From NCBI GenBank assembly GCA_964463875.1, contig CAYXEG010000001.1:13714-77713 (forward strand): DNA of 64,000 nt. Reading direction: 5' to 3'. The notes below the pieces were generated by a model that searched no databases, was not told where the DNA came from, and saw only the letters and a program-made list of their open reading frames with translations. The stretch comes from an uncultured Dehalococcoidales bacterium (GTDB lineage Bacteria > Chloroflexota > Dehalococcoidia > Dehalococcoidales > UBA2162). The translations under genes and the position numbers were made by a program. This document shows positions 60,299 to 64,000 of the stretch, one piece after another; position 1 is the stretch's first letter, and each line of letters starts with the position of its first letter.

Positions 60299-60985
60299 TC
60301 ACCTATGAGGAACAACGCGAACGACAAGATGCCCGGCCGTGCTCCGGCCGGAAGTCGCAGCGGTTACCGGGACCATCGTCAGCCCTGTATCAGCCGGCTG
60401 CTTCAAGGCTACGGCAAACCGGAACTCGATTTCTCTGACCAGTAACCCGGGCAGAGAACCCGGAATGCCGGCTTGAAAATCGTTCAGCAGGGCGGTAATC
60501 TGTTCCGGCTGTAAAGGAATGTCCTTATCCGGTTGTTGTTCGGCGGCCATTTCCCTGATTTGGTTTTCCAGGGTGGCTATCTTTGCCTGAAGCCCGGTAA
60601 TCTGATTCTCGGCTGCCAGCCGCAGTGCTTCGTTTGATGCCGCCAGGGTTTTCCCCTTTTCAATTTCCCTGTTCAGGTTCTCGATGGTCAGCAGCAGCCG
60701 TTCGTTTTCTTTTTTTACCGCGACGAGTGCCGCGTTCGATTTCTTGTTTTCATCGAGAGCATTTTGCAGGCGGGTATCGGGTTCGGCTGCTTTTTCCACG
60801 GCGGGCTTGGCAGCGATAAGGTTCTCTGGGATTTTTTTCAGCGCGGCAACCTGTTTCGATACCGAATCGGCTGTATCGGTCGATTTACCGTCTTTTGCCG
60901 TCCCTGTTCTCTTTATCGAAACCGGTTCGGGCTTGGTGGGCGTTTTTTTAACCGGTTGTATATCGTTTTTTTTCCGGCTGGTCAT
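60299..60985 (-). CDS. Hypothetical protein E: Lys/Pro-rich N-terminus, central coiled coil, C-terminal helix+beta module
   Basis: AAGGA SD. Heptad-like NERLLLTIENLNREIEKGKTL...LQAKIATLENQIREM. The C-terminal ITALLNDFQAGI...VREIEFRFAVAL...HLVVRVVP shares its layout with the three upstream genes. Confidence 0.7.
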   Translation of the reverse strand: MTSRKKNDIQPVKKTPTKPEPVSIKRTGTAKDGKSTDTADSVSKQVAALKKIPENLIAAKPAVEKAAEPDTRLQNALDENKKSNAALVAVKKENERLLLTIENLNREIEKGKTLAASNEALRLAAENQITGLQAKIATLENQIREMAAEQQPDKDIPLQPEQITALLNDFQAGIPGSLPGLLVREIEFRFAVALKQPADTGLTMVPVTAATSGRSTAGHLVVRVVPHR

Positions 60986-60997
60986 ACCTGCTGTCCT

Positions 60998-61492
60998 TTA
61001 GTCGGGCAGTACGATTTCCTGAAGCACTTTACCGCTTTTATCTTCTACCGAGACGAGCCACCTGTTTTTTTCCGGAACGAAGGTCGGTTTCACCTGAAGG
61101 TCTCTCGCGTTTGCGGCCAGTTTCTGGATATCCTTGCGCTCAAGAACTTCCCGTATCAGGTCCGGGGTTGTTTTTTTAGACGGGGCGGCTTCCTTAACGG
61201 GTGCCCGGACAGGTTCGTCGAAGGTACTCACGTAACTTATCCGCAACGTCGACAGCAGCCCGGGGTCGATTGCCGCCGTCCTGATTTCCTCGGAGGAAAC
61301 CGGCCTGACCGTCAATTTCCCTTTTGAAGTATCGACCGTTACCTTGATTTCCAGGTCGGCGTTATTCAGTACGATATTGGAATTGAGGTTCAGGCCGGAC
61401 AACAGCGAACTCTGGGCGTCGGTGAAGGATTGTCCGGCCATCTCGAGAAAACTCGTCATCTCGATGTTTTCCGAAGCCTTATTCTCAGTCAT
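60998..61492 (-). CDS. Hypothetical protein D: short version of the helix+beta module plus unique C-terminal domain
   Basis: AGGAG SD. FLEMAGQSFTDAQSSL...ADLEIKVTV...LSTLRISYV. Confidence 0.7.
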   Translation of the reverse strand: MTENKASENIEMTSFLEMAGQSFTDAQSSLLSGLNLNSNIVLNNADLEIKVTVDTSKGKLTVRPVSSEEIRTAAIDPGLLSTLRISYVSTFDEPVRAPVKEAAPSKKTTPDLIREVLERKDIQKLAANARDLQVKPTFVPEKNRWLVSVEDKSGKVLQEIVLPD

Positions 61493-61527
61493 ACGGCATT
61501 TAGCTCCTGATTATTCATTTTGCAGGG

Positions 61528-62163
61528 TTACTCTTTCGTTTCGGTGGTTCGGGACGGCTCGATTCGTATCGGGGGCGGTACCGGGACAAGTGTTGCCGTC
61601 AATTTCGAGGTTATCTTCAGGTCTTTATTCAGCTTTCGCTCCATCTGGATAGTACTGGTGTTGGCGAACAGTGTTTTTTTACCCTTTTCGGTGCTGCTTT
61701 CGTTCTCCACCACAGTCAGGTCGAGCGCCACTTCGACGGTTGCCTGGGAAAATTGATAGAAGGACGGCAACATGCCGAGTTCGAGCAGGCTGATACTTTG
61801 AGGAGGGCTGTTTTTATAGGTGATATTCCCTTTTTCATCGACTGTCTCGGTGATGTTCCGGACAACGTTCACTTTCGTCTCGGCGAGTTCGGTCATCATC
61901 TCGGCGGAGGCTTTATCGAGGCTCATCTGGGCGTCGGCGATGGATTCCCCAAGCATGCGGACGAGGTCGCCGAACGATGTCGAAGGTACTTTACTGACAA
62001 TTGTTTCGGGCGATACGATAGGGTTCCGGAAAGCGCGGATATCTGCCGGTAGTTTTTTTGGATTAACCATCTGTCCTTCCTGCTCCTGACCTGCATCGGG
62101 TATTCCCGGTACAGTATTTTTCGAGATGCGCTTTGAGGTGACAGGCGGTTTGCCCTCCGCCAT
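61528..62163 (-). CDS. Hypothetical protein C: paralogue of 62204..62740
   Basis: MLGESIADAQMSLD...SISLLELGMLPSFYQFSQATVEVALDL...KLTATLVPVPPPIRIEP. An alternative start at 62070 has a strong AGGAGCAGGAAGGA SD. Confidence 0.7.
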   Translation of the reverse strand: MAEGKPPVTSKRISKNTVPGIPDAGQEQEGQMVNPKKLPADIRAFRNPIVSPETIVSKVPSTSFGDLVRMLGESIADAQMSLDKASAEMMTELAETKVNVVRNITETVDEKGNITYKNSPPQSISLLELGMLPSFYQFSQATVEVALDLTVVENESSTEKGKKTLFANTSTIQMERKLNKDLKITSKLTATLVPVPPPIRIEPSRTTETKE

Positions 62164-62203
62164 GCCACCTCAAACACACTGCAATGGCTACGCTGCCCGG
62201 TCG

Positions 62204-62740
62204 TTAGGCTTCGTTTTCGGGCTTTTCCTTGGGAGGCCGGTTATCGACCACGCTCAAAACCGGTTCGATGCGCGGAGGCGGCGGAACCGGAACCATCTTC
62301 GTGACCAGCCGACTGGTTCCGTGGACTTCCTTGCCGAATTTACGGTTATGCGATACCTCGGTGTTGACGGAAGCGCTGAAACAGGCGAACCCGACTTTGG
62401 CTTTGGCGCTTACCTTGACATTCGTCTCCCGGGACGTCGTCGTCTTGATGTCCATGGTGACTTCGATGGTCGCTTCCGAGAACTGATAGAACGTCGGGAG
62501 CAGCCCAATCTGGAGCAGCGACACTTCCACCGGGGGAGCGTTGGTAAACGTTACTCCACCGTCAGCGTCAATTACCTGGGTTACTCCGAGAACCAGCGGC
62601 ACCGTCGTTTCCGCGAGAAGCTTGGCTGTATCGACAGAATTCTCATCGAGCGCTCTTTGAGCTTCTGCGATACCGAGCCCCAGTTTCATTACCATTTCCG
62701 GTAACGGAACTGCCAGTAATTCCTGTCCTACACCTGCCAT
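62204..62740 (-). CDS. Hypothetical protein B: paralogue of 61528..62163
   Basis: AAGGAG SD 8 nt upstream. KLGLGIAEAQRALD...EVSLLQIGLLPTFYQFSEATIEVTMDI...RLVTKMVPVPPPPRIEP. Confidence 0.75.
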   Translation of the reverse strand: MAGVGQELLAVPLPEMVMKLGLGIAEAQRALDENSVDTAKLLAETTVPLVLGVTQVIDADGGVTFTNAPPVEVSLLQIGLLPTFYQFSEATIEVTMDIKTTTSRETNVKVSAKAKVGFACFSASVNTEVSHNRKFGKEVHGTSRLVTKMVPVPPPPRIEPVLSVVDNRPPKEKPENEA

Positions 62741-62796
62741 GTTCGTTTCTCCTTTTCTCCTGTTTTTTTAAATACGGGTTGACTGACAGGGAACAA

Positions 62797-63117
62797 TCAT
62801 TCCCTCATTACCATCTTCGTCAGTACTTTTAACGCTTGTTCGAACTTTTCGGTATCAACGGTGACCGGACCGATTTTTACGATTAACGGGTTGTTTTTCA
62901 GACGGATAAACCCGCTGAAAGGCAGTGTTACCAGAAAATCCCGGGAGGTCAGCTTCATTACTATCTCACCCCCGTGTTCCCGGATTAAACTTTCAGGGGT
63001 AACGGCGTTGCAGGTTAACAGGTAGATGCTTCTTTCCGGCCCTTCGATACTGATTTTGGCCCCCATGATGCCGTTTTTCCGGAGGAAATTTCCGGAAGAA
63101 TCAGGTATAGTATTCAT
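62797..63117 (-). CDS. Hypothetical protein A (106 aa, beta-rich with C-terminal helix); first gene of the operon
   Basis: The ATG at 63117 lies 9 nt after GAGGAG. I recognise no family. Confidence 0.6.
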   Translation of the reverse strand: MNTIPDSSGNFLRKNGIMGAKISIEGPERSIYLLTCNAVTPESLIREHGGEIVMKLTSRDFLVTLPFSGFIRLKNNPLIVKIGPVTVDTEKFEQALKVLTKMVMRE

Positions 63118-63305
63118 GTTAACGATGCTCCTCATAGTAACCCCGGCTCGGAGGGATAGGATGCAGTGGAATTGTTTACCAAGAGATATAACGGAATTCC
63201 TTGAAGAAAGGTTGAATTATTCTACGGAAAAGTTCCAATGAGTATTTTTCAGACTGATTGTGAAAACGGGTAATAACGGATAACTAATAAAGGATTATTC
63301 AACCT

Positions 63306-63899
63306 TTGAACGATTCTTTCGTTACAAAAGATAAGGGTGACTGCTTACGAGGTGATAAGGTTCTTACCAATATTGAAGACCTTGTCTCCATGGCTCAGCG
63401 TGGAGACAGTCATGCTTTCAGCTTGCTCTACCAGGAGTATGTCCGTCCTATATATCAATATATTTATATGCGGGTGGACAAAAACACCGAACAGGCGGAA
63501 GATTTGACCCAGGAAGTCTTCCTCAAAGCCCTGGATAATCTTCAAAAATACCGGTACCGGGGGAAACCTTTTACTAGCTGGCTGTACCGTATTGCTCATA
63601 ATCTCGTCATCGACTATTACCGGCATGCCAATAAAAACCATGCGTCTCCCATTACCGAGACGATGGTTATGGTGTCCGAGGAAAATCCGGTCAGCGCGGT
63701 TGAGCGTTCAGCAGAATTGAACGAACTGAAAAAAGCTATCGAGAAGCTGCCGCCTCAGCAGAAAGAGGTTATATCGTTACGCTTTATCAACGGATTATCG
63801 ATTGCCGAAACCGCTGAGATAATCGGGAAAACAGGCGGTAATGTAAAAAAGTTACAGCATGTCGCACTAACGAAACTCAAGAAGATAATGAACAGCTGA
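63306..63899 (+). CDS. ECF-type RNA polymerase sigma-70 family factor
   Basis: Region 2: FSLLYQEYVRPIYQYIYMRV...AEDLTQEVFLKAL...FTSWLYRIAHNLVIDYYR. Region 4: LPPQQKEVISLRFINGLSIAETAEIIGKTGGNVKKLQHVAL. The start is uncertain (TTG 63306 or ATG 63390). Confidence 0.9.
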   Translation: MNDSFVTKDKGDCLRGDKVLTNIEDLVSMAQRGDSHAFSLLYQEYVRPIYQYIYMRVDKNTEQAEDLTQEVFLKALDNLQKYRYRGKPFTSWLYRIAHNLVIDYYRHANKNHASPITETMVMVSEENPVSAVERSAELNELKKAIEKLPPQQKEVISLRFINGLSIAETAEIIGKTGGNVKKLQHVALTKLKKIMNS

Positions 63900-64000
63900 T
63901 GAAGAAGATTTTTTTGCATCTTGAAGAGTGCCTCGAACGGGTACGGCAGGGAGAGAACCTGGAAGACTTTATCAGAGAGTATCCAGGGGAGGAAACCGAA
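63899..64000 (+). CDS. Putative anti-sigma / sigma-associated protein, N-terminal fragment (continues past window)
   Basis: The ATG overlaps the sigma stop (TGATG). MKKIFLHLEECLERVRQGENLEDFIREYPGEETE. The call is made from position only. Confidence 0.4.
   Translation, partial: MKKIFLHLEECLERVRQGENLEDFIREYPGEETE

Noticed and set aside
1-64000. Search for CRISPR arrays, tRNA/rRNA genes, IS elements, integrases, or dispersed REP-type or long non-coding direct repeats.
   Set aside because: I found no spacer-repeat periodicity, no T-loop/anticodon-arm patterns in the intergenic regions, and no transposase or recombinase motifs in any frame. The only tandem DNA repeats are the coding ones at 25218-25367 and 51231-51758.

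Overview
About 60 protein-coding genes, read by eye from the ORF track and raw sequence. No alignments or searches were run, so all family calls rest on motifs I recognise. I found no rRNA, tRNA, CRISPR array, IS element or integrase.

Gene content points to a strictly anaerobic, fermentative or aromatic-degrading bacterium: class-I benzoyl-CoA-reductase / 2-hydroxyacyl-CoA-dehydratase-type genes, a tungsten-type aldehyde:ferredoxin oxidoreductase, many family III CoA-transferases, and lipoprotein SBPs with poly-Thr/Glu linkers.

Layout:
- 1-2.7 kb: tail of a family-5 ABC uptake system.
- 2.9-38.7 kb: a large accessory catabolic island built almost entirely from paralogue pairs. It holds 2 DAPG/phloretin-hydrolase-like genes, 4 SBPs, 2 PF12831-like flavoproteins, 3 CoA-transferases, 2 crotonases, 2 ACADs and 2 MarR regulators. 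It also holds a four-subunit ATP-dependent BCR/HAD-like enzyme, acetoacetyl-CoA synthetase and a thiolase+DUF35 pair.
- 39.5-45 kb: a visibly AT-richer glycan-modification block.
- 45-57 kb: housekeeping or miscellaneous genes, including a pilin fused to four CBM5/12-like repeats, MazEF, thrC and a WYL regulator.
- 58-60 kb: AOR plus ferredoxin.
- 60.3-63.1 kb: a five-gene operon of uncharacterised proteins next to a divergent ECF sigma factor.

Most interesting candidates:
1. An in-frame UGA at 3190-3192 with a SECIS-like hairpin. It would fuse two ORFs into a 575-aa Cys-Trp-Sec selenoprotein of unknown function.
2. The 60299-63117 operon, where four proteins share one helix plus beta-meander module. 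I cannot assign it a function.
3. The mixed-signature BCR/dehydratase operon.
4. A hydrolase-ferredoxin-flavoprotein triad carrying collagen-like (Gly-Pro-Gly)n inserts.
5. A shared ATATGAT/ATCATAT operator motif at three near-consensus promoters, suggesting one MarR-type regulon.
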